DNA of 60,253 nt from contig NC_068981.1 of assembly GCF_001194135.2 (NCBI RefSeq), positions 171,145,424-171,205,676 of the forward strand. The letters run 5' to 3'. Source of the DNA: Octopus bimaculoides (Eukaryota). Positions within the stretch are counted from its first letter, which is position 1; every line of letters begins with the position of its first letter. Below, piece after piece: positions 1 through 11,669 of this stretch. A program made the position numbers and the translations under genes. The notes under the pieces were generated by a model, which saw nothing but the letters and a program-made list of their open reading frames with translations, was not told where the DNA came from and did not search any database.

Positions 1-338
1 AACTTTCAAAATACAAAGACCTGGAAATAGAGATAACTCGAATGTGGAATCTAAAAACAGAAACAATTCCTATCATAGTAGGTGCCTTAGGTATAATAAA
101 AAAATATTCAGACAAATACATAACAAAAATAGCAGGACTTACAAATATATATAACATACAGAAAATTGCACTACTGGGTACTGCACACATCCTACGCAAA
201 ACACTTTCAATACAGTAAACATAAGAGCACCACAGCAAACCACAGCACATACCCAAGGCGCACAGAGCTGCGCTCGGTAGTGAAGTGAAAGCACGTTATA
301 AAAATAAAACTACTGAATAATAATAATAATAATAATAA
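1..338 (+). mobile_element. R4/Dong-type (RLE) non-LTR retrotransposon 3' end: ORF C-terminus, 3' UTR and (TAA)n tail
   Basis: Frame 3..218 reads LSKYKDLEIEITRMWNLKTETIPIIVGALGIIKKYSDKYITKIAGLTNIYNIQKIALLGTAHILRKTLSIQ*, the typical end of an R4-clade RLE domain. A 3' UTR of about 100 bp and a (TAA)n tail follow. Confidence 0.85.
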
Positions 339-500
339 GTATTGCACACATTCTACGCAAAATACTTTCAATACAGTAAACTTAAGAGCACCACAGCAAA
401 CCACAGCACATACCCAAGGCGCACAGAGCTGCGCTCGGTAGTGAAGTGAAAGCACGTTATAAAAATAAAACTACTGAACAATAATAATAATAATAATAAT
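339..500 (+). mobile_element. Second, 5'-truncated copy of the same Dong-type 3' end, in tandem
   Basis: Near-identical repeat of about 178-320 (gcacacat.ctacgcaaaa...aaaactactgaa). It begins right after the (TAA)n tail of copy 1 and ends in its own (AAT)n/(GAT)n tract. Confidence 0.85.
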
Positions 501-509
501 GATAATGAC

Positions 510-541
<32 letters not shown>

Positions 542-560
542 CGATGATGATGATGATGAT
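480..560 (+). repeat. (AAT)n/(GAT)n compound microsatellite
   Basis: Directly visible. Confidence 0.95.
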
Positions 561-685
561 GGAGCTCGCCACCGGACGTGACAGCGGCTGGACATGTTCT
601 TCGCTGCTCTGACCTTTCAGCAGTCGAAGACACAGAAACACTAATACAACCCAGAGGGACAACTGTCAGTTTCCTGTGAGGAACT

Positions 686-1830
686 TACATATCTACAATT
701 TTCGAACAAATAAACAATCAGCTTTAAAACCTTTAATATCTACACCTTCTGTGAATACCTATCATTTCCTTTCCCCCTGAGTATTCGAAAATGTAAACAT
801 CCTCTTTATTCCAAGAACACTACAGTTTTCTCTGTTCTGATAGAGAGAAGATCATCTCTAGTAAATTTTCAACAAAATCTTCATATCTACAATATTCTGT
901 GAACAAATTTTAACTTCCTTTTCTTTCCATTCCTTTTTCCCTGAATATTCGGAAATGTAAACATCCTTTTAATTGTAAAAAAAACAACAAAAACAAAAAT
1001 ACCACAGTTTTTTTCTGAACGGACATACAAACGAACATCTCAAAAAATTTAGAAACTTTAATATCTCTAATTTTGTGTGAACTTTTGTCTTCCTTTCTTC
1101 CCTGACCAACAGAATATGTAAACATGCCTTTTATTGTAACAGCACAATTAAGTGCACGATAAAAATTTAAGGAAGTAAGCACCTGCCTATATATACATAC
1201 TGCACAACTACAAAAACTGTAAACCACAGCAAAACTTTTAAAAAGAAATGAAAAAGTCCAAAAGAAAACGGAAAAAAATTCAGAAATTCAAAATTCCAAC
1301 ACGATGAACATCACTTTCTCCTACTATTCCCCAAAACTGGAATATCTACAATTTCCTGTGAATATTTTAAATCTCCCTCAAAATAAAATAAATTAGGAAA
1401 CTTACAGCATTCGAACACACAAACGATCAGATTTAAGAAAAAAAAAAGTTTAATATTTACAACTACTGTGTGAATACTTATCCTTTCCTCTGTTTCTGAG
1501 TTTTCGAAAATGTAAACATCATCCTCCTTTTTATTCTAAGAACACTACCATTTCTTTCTGTGCGGTTATACAAAAGACCATATTTAGTAAATCTTAAAAC
1601 TTTACTATCTACAACTCGTTTTCTTTTCTTTTTGACTCTCCCTCGGTATTCGAAAATGTAAACATCCTTTTCATTGCAAAAGTCCCACTGTATTCTCCAA
1701 CTGCACAGACAAACGAACATCTCAAGAAAATTTTAAAACTTTAATATATAAACCCAAATACGTAAACACACCTTTTATTGCAACAACACAATTGAATTCA
1801 GAAATTCAAAAATTCAACGCAGTCTCAACA
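686..1830. repeat. Degenerate tandem repeat with ~100-165 bp monomers arranged as two blocks of three
   Basis: (t/c)gtaaaca cores at 792, 956, 1117 and 1511, 1657, 1761. acaaacgaacatctcaa recurs at 1027 and 1709. Confidence 0.7.
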
Positions 1831-2870
1831 GACTCTCTAAATATGTTTTTTACTTTGTCTCCTGAAAACCCCATCACTCGAACTATTGTCGTTATTGAAT
1901 GTGCTCTTTCCCCTCTGTGATAACAATACAGAGAAATACTGTCGCACTGTGTACATGATGTCTGAAGACTCAAACGTTGCAGTATTTCAACCTCTAGGTG
2001 GTGTTTGATCCGTCCAAGTGATGAGAAATTATTCTTATATCCCCATTTCAATTATTCCCTCGACTGATTTCCATGTAGAACATGCAGATGCAAGTCCTGA
2101 CATTGTAGCCCTTGATGACATTATCTCCAAACTCATTATACAGCTCTACAGACCAATTTGTATTATTAAAACACAGATTAAAGCATAAAATTGTTTCCGT
2201 TTCCCAGGCATGTGAGTAAGAGCTACTTGTGAGCGTCTGCTCCACTCACTGTAGTGTAACTGTTTCTGTGGCTTGCCGTTCCATGACATCCGTTACACCA
2301 TTAAATCTCTTAAGATCGTCAGAATTACGGGCTACATCATCGTGTAGTAATATGTATATCCGTCAAAGCAGTACATTATGCATTCACAAGAAGCGATATT
2401 TTCTTTGAAATTTACTTAATGAGGATTATTGTGAACGGGCATTCAGAATGACATCTCAAATAATCATCTATTATTTTGAAGATGATCATCTTTTCGGTGT
2501 TGCAGATTTCACCTAAATGCATCCCTTCTATTAACATTTACTCGCTCCTCATTTTCATTTCGTTTCTCCTCGTTGTTCTCTCACTTTCTCTAGCTATTAA
2601 TGACACTAATGCTCACTCAATTGGGACTTGTTTGGCAATAACGGATATGCTTTACACAACGCAGATCTAGTCAATAAATCATATAGCGTTTCAAATAAAT
2701 TTACTTAGAATGCTCAATTTATACAGCTTAAAAAGGAGAGAGAGCATACATACTGAACATGTGAGTCAATCAACATAGGAGACAGAAGGGAAAATAAAAT
2801 GAGAGAATAGTCGGCATATATATAAATATATGTGCATCTGTGTAAGAACACACACATGTTATCATGTATG

Positions 2871-2874
<4 letters not shown>

Positions 2875-2946
<72 letters not shown>
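2875..2946. repeat. (TA)n microsatellite
   Basis: Directly visible. Confidence 0.95.
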
Positions 2947-2949
<3 letters not shown>

Positions 2950-3020
2950 GGGGGTAGGGCATAGCAAAGTAATAACAAAATAACGAGTAGTGAGTTTGTA
3001 TTATTACTTACAACAAAAGC

Positions 3021-3220
3021 AATGGAGCTGGCAGAATCGTTAGTAAACTGGGCTAAATGCTTAGCGGCATTCCATCCATCCTTATGTTCCGAGTTCAAAT
3101 TCTGCAGAGGTCGATTTTACCTTTCATCCTTTCGGGGGTCAATGAAATGAGTACCAGTAATCAACTAGCCCCCCTTCCGCCAAACTTTTAGGACTTGTGT
3201 CTATAGCAGAAAGGATTATT
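3021..3220 (+). mobile_element. SINE family A (tRNA-like head plus conserved central domain, Meta/MESC-like)
   Basis: Head gagctggcagaatcgttag...gagttcaaatt and core gtcgattttacctttcatcctttcgggggtcaatgaaatgagtaccag. The same structure occurs at 6843, 11475, 31845 and 39470. The domain name is from recollection. Confidence 0.8.
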
Positions 3221-3337
3221 ACCTACTACATGATAAGGGGTGGAGGTAAATAAAAATAAAAACAAAACGCCTCCTAGAATTGTATAAAACACTGAGTAAT
3301 GGTATTCTACATATTGGAACAATATTTTTATATGCAA

Positions 3338-3371
<34 letters not shown>

Positions 3372-3383
3372 AGNNNNNNNNNN

Positions 3384-3434
<51 letters not shown>

Positions 3435-4340
3435 ATATATTGATACATACACACACACACTCACACACGTATATAAATTTACATATATGTGTGTGCGCAT
3501 GTGTGTGCGCATGTGTGTGTGCGTGTGAATATGGGTTTCTGCGTTTCATCCTACACTCCACGTTTTTCTACAACCGCGTTGATTTTGTTGCCAAAATACA
3601 TGTACAATATATGTGGTTTCCTGAAAATTTCAGAACGTAAATATTGCCCAATTTTACTCAAGGTAATTATAAAGTGTGATGTTGAAGAAGAAAATACAAT
3701 TTGTTACACCTATTGCATCATTAACATTTATATTACACTTCATTTTTATTTTCTATGTAGCCAACTCCAAAAATTACTTGCCACCCATAGATATTAGAGA
3801 CACAATTTCTTATGAAAAATGAATAAATAATAATTTTGGTAGAAGGGAATGATATAAACGATAGTGCACAATTTTGTGTCTTTCCTTATTTCCTTATTAT
3901 TTCTGATGATGTTTTTCGACGTTGGCTTCATGCCATTAGGTGTATATATGTGATATTCATATACATATATATATANNNNNNNNNNNNNNNNNNNNNNNNN
4001 NNNNNNNNNNNNNNNNNNNNNNNNNNNNNNNNNNNNNNNNNNNNNNNNNNNNNNNNNNNNNNNNNNNNNNNNNNNNNNNNNNNNNNNNNNNNNNNNNNNN
4101 NNNNNNNNNNNNNNNNNNNNNNNNNNNNNNNNNNNNNNNNNNNNNNNNNNNNNNNNNNNNNNNNNNNNNNNNNNNNNNNNNNNNNNNNNNNNNNNNNNNN
4201 NNNNNNNNNNNNNNNNNNNNNNNNNNNNNNNNNNNNNNNNNNNNNNNNNNNNNNNNNNNNNNNNNNNNNNNNNNNNNNNNNNNNNNNNNNNNNNNNNNNN
4301 NNNNNNNNNNNNNNNNNNNNNNNNNNNNNNNNNNNNNNNN

Positions 4341-4377
<37 letters not shown>

Positions 4378-4699
4378 TCTTGTTTTGAATTTCTGAAGGC
4401 AGAGTGCCGAATACTAGAGTAGAGATTAATAATATTTTCATATTTTGGGTTGTCTCACTCATTTAATTCTTTGTAGTCTTGTCTATGTGATAGCCTTGAA
4501 TAATGTAACCCCTGCACATTGAGGTGTATTTATTTAACCTTTAGTACTCTGCATTTTCTCCCGTGTTGTTTCCCCTGATACTGCCCTATTCGTACAGGGG
4601 AGAAAACGCATACAGTGCACCTACAGTATAGCAACAGCTACAGAGCAACTAGCTACCAAGCTCTCTTTCTCAAAGATAATATATAAAAAAAATAATAAA

Positions 4700-4945
4700 G
4701 TTCATTTCCGTATCATACAGACACATAAGGCTGGTTTCACGGTTTCCATGGCGTATATCTTCACCACCTGGACGGGACACCGGTCCGTCACAGGATTACT
4801 CATTTTTGCCAGTTGAATGGACTGGAGCAACGTGAAATGAAGTGTCTTGCTCAAGAACACAACGCGTCACTCAGTTCAGGAATCGAAACCACAATCTTAT
4901 GTTCATGATTCCCCCAAGCTAACCGCTAAATCACGCAACTCTACC
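4700..4945 (-). mobile_element. SINE family C (tRNA-like head, CORE-like gtgttcttgagcaagacac), tail variant 1
   Basis: Shares ctcatttttgccag.tga.tggactggagcaac and the gtgtcttgctcaagaacacaac core with the copies at 10070 and 43790. The B-box-like gtttcgattcc is on the minus strand. Confidence 0.75.
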
Positions 4946-5332
4946 AAAGATAATATGCTTTTGTTAAGTGTTGTATACATTGAGATAAAGTGCAAGAGGG
5001 TTATATACTGTAGATACCGCACCACCGTGACTATTTTAATGTGCAGCGATTTATACCTATTCGGTATAAATGTAAGGTAAATAGATCATCTTCATACTTT
5101 GTGGTTTTTCTAATGTACTCTGTGATTATAATGCACCAAAAATAACTGGTAGTCTACATCGGATTTATAAATCATATCTATCACGAGAAATGAATAACCA
5201 CATTTACAGAATACAGTGGTTGCAGCAGGACTATTTGGTTAGCCGGGTTTTAATTCCACAGAATGCTTAATTCCACAGAATTCGCCTTAGTTTTCGGAAT
5301 ACCTATTTTCCTTCGAGTATATATATATATAT

Positions 5333-5553
5333 ATATATAAAATATACAAGAATAAGGGCAGGGAATCGTCAATTAATAATAGAATTAACAATTAACAATT
5401 TTGCCAAGTATTTCAGTATGAAAAAACCTTTATCGGTAAAACCATTTATCATCATAAATATACAGGGATTAGCATTGAGTTGCTTCTCCAACATACTGCT
5501 ATTTCTAAATTTTCAGTATGTTGGAGAAGCAACTCAATGCTAATCCCTGTATA
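5333..5553 (-). mobile_element. PLE-type short terminal fragment with degenerate hammerhead-like motif (5399-5441) and a fold-back inverted repeat
   Basis: The minus strand reads ttttacc gataaa ggt..act gaaa tactt ggcaaaa and ends cccttattcttgtatattt next to (TA)n. The 40-bp inverted repeat at 5459-5553 lies at its 5' side. Confidence 0.4.
5459..5553. repeat. Perfect 40-bp inverted repeat with 15-nt loop
   Basis: 5459-5498 tatacagggattagcattgagttgcttctccaacatactg is the exact reverse complement of 5514-5553. It abuts an N gap. Confidence 0.9.
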
Positions 5554-5719
5554 NNNNNNNNNNNNNNNNNNNNNNNNNNNNNNNNNNNNNNNNNNNNNNN
5601 NNNNNNNNNNNNNNNNNNNNNNNNNNNNNNNNNNNNNNNNNNNNNNNNNNNNNNNNNNNNNNNNNNNNNNNNNNNNNNNNNNNNNNNNNNNNNNNNNNNN
5701 NNNNNNNNNNNNNNNATCT

Positions 5720-5950
5720 TATATATCGTTAATGTAAACAAGAACAAACAAGAACAAACAAGAAAAACATGAAAAAAAACAACGCAAGGACGTGGAAAAA
5801 GTACAGTGTTATTGGACGCTCAGGAAAAGAAAGAAAAGAAAGAGGATTCAACGTTTCGATCGGAGATCTTTGTCAGAAATATAGGAAAAGTCCAAAGATG
5901 GGAAGACGGAGAAAGAAAGTTGCCAAATTTGTACACGCGGTCACATATTG
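5720..5950 (-). mobile_element. PLE-type terminal repeat (pseudo-LTR) fragment
   Basis: Carries a minimal hammerhead-like motif. Its layout (acaac...gaggac...gacgctc.ggaa...aacgtttcga) parallels 59905-60253. Confidence 0.55.
5846..5880 (-). ncRNA. Minimal type I hammerhead ribozyme-like motif (G8 mutated)
   Basis: Minus strand: attt CTGACAA a gatc-tcc-gatc GAAAC GTT gaat. Stem I attt/gaat, stem II gatc/gatc, palindromic AACGTT at stem III. Confidence 0.6.
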
Positions 5951-6309
5951 GAATATATATATATATATATATACAGATATATTGGGCATTTGCTTTTGTT
6001 ACAGACAGTCTAACTATCCGCACCCTATAAGTATATCTTCATGTTGCATTGCTGAGTTGTTTTTGGTGCGTGCTTTGAACGCTATTAATGTAAACACCAA
6101 CTTGATCCACATGACCATCAGCTGTTTTAAATCAGGATTTCAACTTTCTCAAAAATGATTTATCATTAGTTACTGACCTAACAGTGGAACATCTACGTAG
6201 TTGCATGCTCTGCTAGACGTACTAATCAAATCCTCTTATGACACAAAACCTAAACTTGTTTCAGAAGCAAACATTATTGTGACGAATCTAGCCCTCCACC
6301 ACAAGGTCC

Positions 6310-6765
6310 AGTCCTTTTCATGATGTGGTGGCTTGTGTGCGTCAATGACCCTCTGAGAACTATGCCAGCGAAGCGTAAAGTTTCAGTAGGACTTCTAATT
6401 CAGGAGAGAGGTGAGACTAATATGGACCAACTATTCCCAGAAATTAAAATGGCTTTACAATAGAGCTACAAACTGACTTACAAAAGTAAAGTTTCTGAAG
6501 CATAGATGACAATTCTAAACGAACAGTACTTGTGGGAGAAAGGCCTGACCTGAGAAAAGAAAGTGACACGGTACAGCAAAATCCGAAAGGATGGATAGAC
6601 TACACATTAAAGAAACCAGAATCAGGCCCTGACCTAAAAGCTGCAGGGAATGCAAAGAAAGGACGCTCAAAAATTTGTTGTAGGCGTCCAAGGTAGCCCA
6701 GAACAATGGAAGAAATTCGTCGATATCCTCAACAGGGAGCGAAGAGCTTAAGTGAGCTAGCCCTA
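6310..6765 (+). mobile_element. Heavily deleted RTE-clade LINE remnant
   Basis: RTE-like 5' UTR (gtggtggcttgtgtgcgtcaatgaccct...ctatgccagc) followed by decayed C-terminal motifs ILNEQYLWE...WIDYTLKKPES...QWKKFVDI...GSEELK*. Confidence 0.5.
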
Positions 6766-6842
6766 TATATACAGTATAATTAGTAAATTGGGCAGAATGG
6801 CCAGAGCGTCAGATAGAATGATCATAATAAGAGTTTCTGGTA

Positions 6843-7047
6843 AGGCGGCAAGCTGGCGGACACGTTCGCACGCCGGACTAAATGCTTAGCAGTATTTCGC
6901 CTGTCTTTACGATCTGAGTTCAAATTTCGCAGAGGTCGACTTTGCCTTTCATCCTTTCGGGGTCGATAAATTAAGTACCAGTTGTGTACTGAGGTCGATC
7001 TAATTGACTGGTCCCCTCCCTCAAAATTTCGGGCCTTCTGCTTAGAG
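6843..7047 (+). mobile_element. SINE family A, full length
   Basis: ggcggcaagctggcgg...ctgagttcaaatt...gtcgactttgcctttcatcctttcggggtcgataaattaagtaccag...ggccttctgcttagag. Confidence 0.85.
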
Positions 7048-8046
7048 TTTCTAGTCTTTACACTTTATGTTCAAATCCCTTCTACTTCAACTTTGCTTTT
7101 CATCATCTACTAGTTGATAAATAAAGTACCAGCAAGTGCTGAAGTCGATTCTTTTACCGATCTCACTTTATTTTTCTATATATCTGTTTTGTCACACTCT
7201 GTCTCTTCTCTCAGTTTCTCTCTCACTCTCTCTTCTTCTTCTTCTTCTTCTTCCCGTCTCACTCATTGTTTGTATTTACAAGAAATCTGCTGTAATTAAA
7301 CTGGCAGAATGATGCATGCAGCCGACTTTATGTAAGCAAGATGCGCTGTATTTGACGACTGTGCTCAACTCTCTCGGGAATTGAGGGCTCCAAAAATGAT
7401 GGAAGATTTATAATTCCGGAAGAAAAAACAGAGGTGTCATAACTGGTAACATTTTTATTATAGTCCCGTACTATAAAGACTCGCCTATAATTAAACAACT
7501 ATCTTGAAATCGTCGTTTCTATTACATCCACACATTTTAAATCTAAAAATGTATTAATATATTCCATGAGGTTTTCTATATCAAATTACACATTCGTTCT
7601 CCCTTCTGATATGTATTCCCTAGAAATCACCTATTACCAAACTAAACAGGTAGTAATTTATGTATAGAAAAGTACAAAAATGATATAGGCAGCATAACAA
7701 TACAGCAAGATATAAATAGAAAGCCTGTTGCGAATCTCTTTACTCTCCGTGATAAAAAGAAAATGCCCCAGTATTATATCATGCATTATCACCATATTTA
7801 ATGCAAGCAAAATTGAGATTTGTCTCGTAACACATTCCAGGTTGGCTAATAGTAATTTCTTAAGAATTTTGTGTTTTGATCATGTTACTCGGCTGTTTAT
7901 TTTCCGACGTGTTTTATCGATAAGCCGCGTCTACCACATTTATGAAATACGACCAAACCATTATATTATTCTTTGAATTCTTACTCGATCTTGTTATCTC
8001 CTCTGAAGATTCTTCGTTGTCATTCAACACTGATATATGCGTGCGA

Positions 8047-8088
<42 letters not shown>

Positions 8089-8247
8089 GTTTGCGCGCGT
8101 ATATGCGTACAATGTGCGTGTATGCACGTAAGTACATGTACATTGTACGTAAATACCCAAGTATTGAAATTAATAATAAACATTGATATTAAAATACATT
8201 TATACATATGTGGTCATGTATATGTGTGTGTGGGTTTGTGTGTGTAG

Positions 8248-8306
<59 letters not shown>

Positions 8307-8971
8307 GAGAGAGAGAGAATGAGAAAAAGAAACATAGATAAACAGATAGATAGAGAAATACGCAATTGATACTTATACTTGCTTACATTTAACTAAAGTA
8401 TGCGTGAAACAGATACGATAGATTATACAATACTCTCCCGCAATTTTCAGGTTTCCAATCGCATGGAGAAAGGACATTCATTTCCNNNNNNNNNNNNNNN
8501 NNNNNNNNNNNNNNNNNNNNNNNNNNNNNNNNNNNNNNNNNNNNNNNNNNNCAAAATGTTGCTATGCTTGTTTAGAGTATTGCGTATGTGGATACCTCCC
8601 TATCTATCTACCAACCTACCTATCTACCTACCTACTTACTTGCCTACCTACCTACCATCCTACACACATACATACATACATACATACATACCTATCTACT
8701 TACATACATACATACNNNNNNNNNNTTTAACTAAAGTATGCGTGAAACAGATACGATAGATTATACAATACTCTCCCGCAATTTTCAGGTTTCCAATCGC
8801 ATGGAGAAAGGACATTCATTTCCACCGTTCGCATGTTTTATTTCTAGTTTCAAAATGTTGCTATGCTTGTTTAGAGTATTGCGTATGTGGATACCTCCCT
8901 ATCTATCTACCAACCTACCTATCTACCTACCTACTTACTTGCCTACCTACCTACCATCCTANNNNNNNNNN

Positions 8972-9010
<39 letters not shown>

Positions 9011-9982
9011 ACGCATACACAGATACTCATACTCATATGTATATAGATAGATGTATAAATATGCACATACACATAAACATACGTATATGCATAAATATAC
9101 ACATACACATTAAACATACATACATACACACATACATATATACATACATACATACATCCATGAATGCATTCATACATACATACATACATCCATACATTTA
9201 TACATACATACATGCATACATACATACATACATAAATACATAAATACATACATACATACATAGAAGGATAGGTAGATATGTGTATATACATACATGCATG
9301 TGTGCATGTGCGCGCGTGTTTTATTTGATATTAAATTTACGATAGTGGTACCTGTGTTGTTTACCGTCTTATTTTCAATATCTCGAGAAGCCGTGTATCG
9401 AATCTCACCCCATAGATCATTCTCAGCATATATCAGCCGGGAAGCCGTACCTCCTTGACAGAATCTTATATCAAAGATGCCCTTCTCTGAGATTAAATAT
9501 TATTTATCTTTTATCTTGCTTCTTTACTTCTTATTTGCTTGGATTGATGGTACTACCTTTTAGAATAGCTAAACCAAATTGTCTGAAACATGTCTGCCTT
9601 GTTTCGGAATATCAATGCAGTTTGATGTGAGCAAATGATCAACCAGTGCCAAATAACCTATATCTATTTGTGTATTTATACATCTATGACAGTTGGAGCG
9701 GCCTTTATATGTGAGTGTTTGTCAGTGGGAAATCCTATACAAGAGTAATTATAAACTACTTCAATCAAGAGAATCCGAAAAGTCACGCCCAGCTGTTTGA
9801 ATGCGATAAGTATACGATTGATGTGAATTCAAACGGAAAGGCATTTGAAAAAAAATACCGCTTAATATAAAACATCACCACTGTGTTATAAAAATGGTGC
9901 GGATGATTTTGATTAAGTTTTACACGTTTGATATTATACGTGTGTGTCTGGTGTGCGTGTGTGTAGGCGTTTGTATGTGCAT

Positions 9983-10017
<35 letters not shown>

Positions 10018-10033
10018 CGCGCGTGCGTGTGTG

Positions 10034-10069
<36 letters not shown>

Positions 10070-10345
10070 GAGCACTCAGTCGGTTACGACGACGAGAATC
10101 CCAGCTGATACGATCAACGGGACAGCTTGCTCATGAAATTAAATGGCAAGTGGCTGAGCACTCCACAGACACGTGTACCCTTAACGTATTTCTCAGGGAG
10201 ATTCAGCGTGACACAGAGTGTGAAATACAGGTACTACTCATTTTTGCCAGCTGAGTGGACTGGAGCAACGGGAAATAGAGTATCTTGGTCAAGTGCACAA
10301 CGATCGTGAGCCGAAGGCCCTAACCCCTAAGCCATGCGCTTTCAC
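10070..10345 (-). mobile_element. SINE family C, tail variant 2
   Basis: Head and core as at 4700 and 43790. The tail (gacgacgag...gatcaacgg...gattcagcgtgacacagagtgtga) is shared with the SINE at 12174. Confidence 0.8.
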
Positions 10346-11200
10346 ACCTATATATAGGCACTTGTTCTTCAGAAGACAGCTGTCCAATAATCTAAAATTC
10401 AGCAAGTGCTGTCTGAGAGACAATATGCAACTTTGGAAGGCTGCCTGCACAAGCTCAACACTGCTATTGTGGAATTTTCTATTTGATATAGGGATCTCCC
10501 GGGCTTTAACGTCTATGGAGTGAATTTCCTCAATAGATGAGTCAAGTATCTCAGCAGTTGGAATTATCACTGGTACTGCAAATGAAGTGTGAGATATTGT
10601 CTTGTAAGAGGAGAATTCTGAATTTCATATTTTTGTGTGTCTGGTATGATATTGTCAGGTCACTCTATCTTTATTCAAAGAAAGTTCGTATATGTTTTTA
10701 TCCATGCCCTAGTATTTGAAGCATTCTTTTAGTGGAACAGGAGAGATAATGTGACCGTTGATGCATGGGTTTTGTGTCTGGGAACTGATTTTCCACGTTC
10801 AGCAATCAAATGTGAACATTTCTTTTGGCTAAATATCATTCCTATGTCAGCCAAAAATTCCAGCTGTTTTTTGGCATTGGTAACACTTTTAGCATAAATT
10901 TTGATGTCATTCACGAAGTAATTATGGGTTATCCTAATATCTGTAGCAGTTGTCATTTGACTTTTGTAGCAGGAATGATAATGGATTTAATGCCAAAATG
11001 AATACAATTACAGAAAGACTATCTCCTTGGAATATTCACTCAGAAATATTGATAACATTGGAGACAACCATTCTGCTCTCTGCATGCATATATGTTTGTA
11101 ATGAACGTTTTCTAAGAGATTTTTTGCTCCTATATCCTTGGTTTTATTTGCCAAAAACTAAAGAAAAACTATTAGACATGGAGATTTATAGCACGCTACA
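10346..11200 (-). pseudogene. Decayed R4/Dong-type reverse transcriptase fragment
   Basis: The minus strand gives IFQGDSLSVIVFILALNPLSFLL (RT motif near 11040-10970), then ITHNYFVNDIKIYAKS...DIGMIFSQKKCSHL (degenerate FMDD region), then EIHSIDVKAREI...FH. Stops and frameshifts are present. Confidence 0.75.
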
Positions 11201-11214
11201 AACCAACGTAACTT

Positions 11215-11375
11215 TATTTTTATTATCATCGTTATTCAGAAGTCTTATTTTCATTACGTGCTTTCACTGCACTACCGAGCGCAGCTTTGTGTGCCTTGTG
11301 TATGTGCTTTAGTTTGTTGTGATGCTCTTATTTTTACGTAGAATGTGAGCTGTGTCTAGTAACGCTATCTTATGT
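11215..11375 (-). mobile_element. Third copy of the Dong-type 3' UTR seen at 1-500
   Basis: The reverse complement contains cacattctacg...aagagcatcacaacaaac...gctgcgctcggtagtgcagtgaaagcacgt...gaataacgatgataataa, matching 219-320. Confidence 0.85.
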
Positions 11376-11409
11376 ATGTTATATATACTTGTTAGTATTT
11401 TTTGTAATG

Positions 11410-11412
<3 letters not shown>

Positions 11413-11474
<62 letters not shown>
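11413..11474. repeat. (ATT)n microsatellite
   Basis: Directly visible. Confidence 0.95.
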
Positions 11475-11476
<2 letters not shown>

Positions 11477-11669
11477 GGTGGTGAGCTGGTAGAATCGTTA
11501 GCGCGCCGGACGAAATGCATAGCGATATTTCGTCTGTAGCTACGTTCTGAGTTCAAATTCCGCCGAGGTCGAGTTCACATTTCATTCTTTCAGGGGTCGA
11601 AAAAATAAGTACCAGTTGAACACTCAATGCCTCCTCAAAAATTGCTGCCCTTCTGGCAAAATTTGAAAC
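11475..11669 (+). mobile_element. SINE family A
   Basis: ggtggtgagctggtagaatcgttagc...ctgagttcaaattccgccgaggtcga...ttcaggggtcgaaaaaataagtaccag. Confidence 0.85.

Noticed and set aside
1806-2245. Two adjacent minus-strand ORFs in unique sequence
   Set aside because: There is no recognisable motif or convincing splice structure, and the lengths are within chance expectation.
3794-4462. Long ORFs spanning N runs or (TA)/(CA)/(GA) repeats, here and at 22.1, 25.5, 31.4, 34.8, 45.6, 47.1 and 48.2 kb
   Set aside because: They stay open only because of Ns and stop-free microsatellites.
4550-4610. 13-bp imperfect inverted repeat
   Set aside because: It is short and has one mismatch, with no TSD or second copy to support a MITE.
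8388-8961. Exact duplication of 8388-8661 at 8726-8961
   Set aside because: The copies are identical where sequenced and are separated or bounded by 10-N gaps, which is typical of unmerged contig overlap or haplotype duplication.
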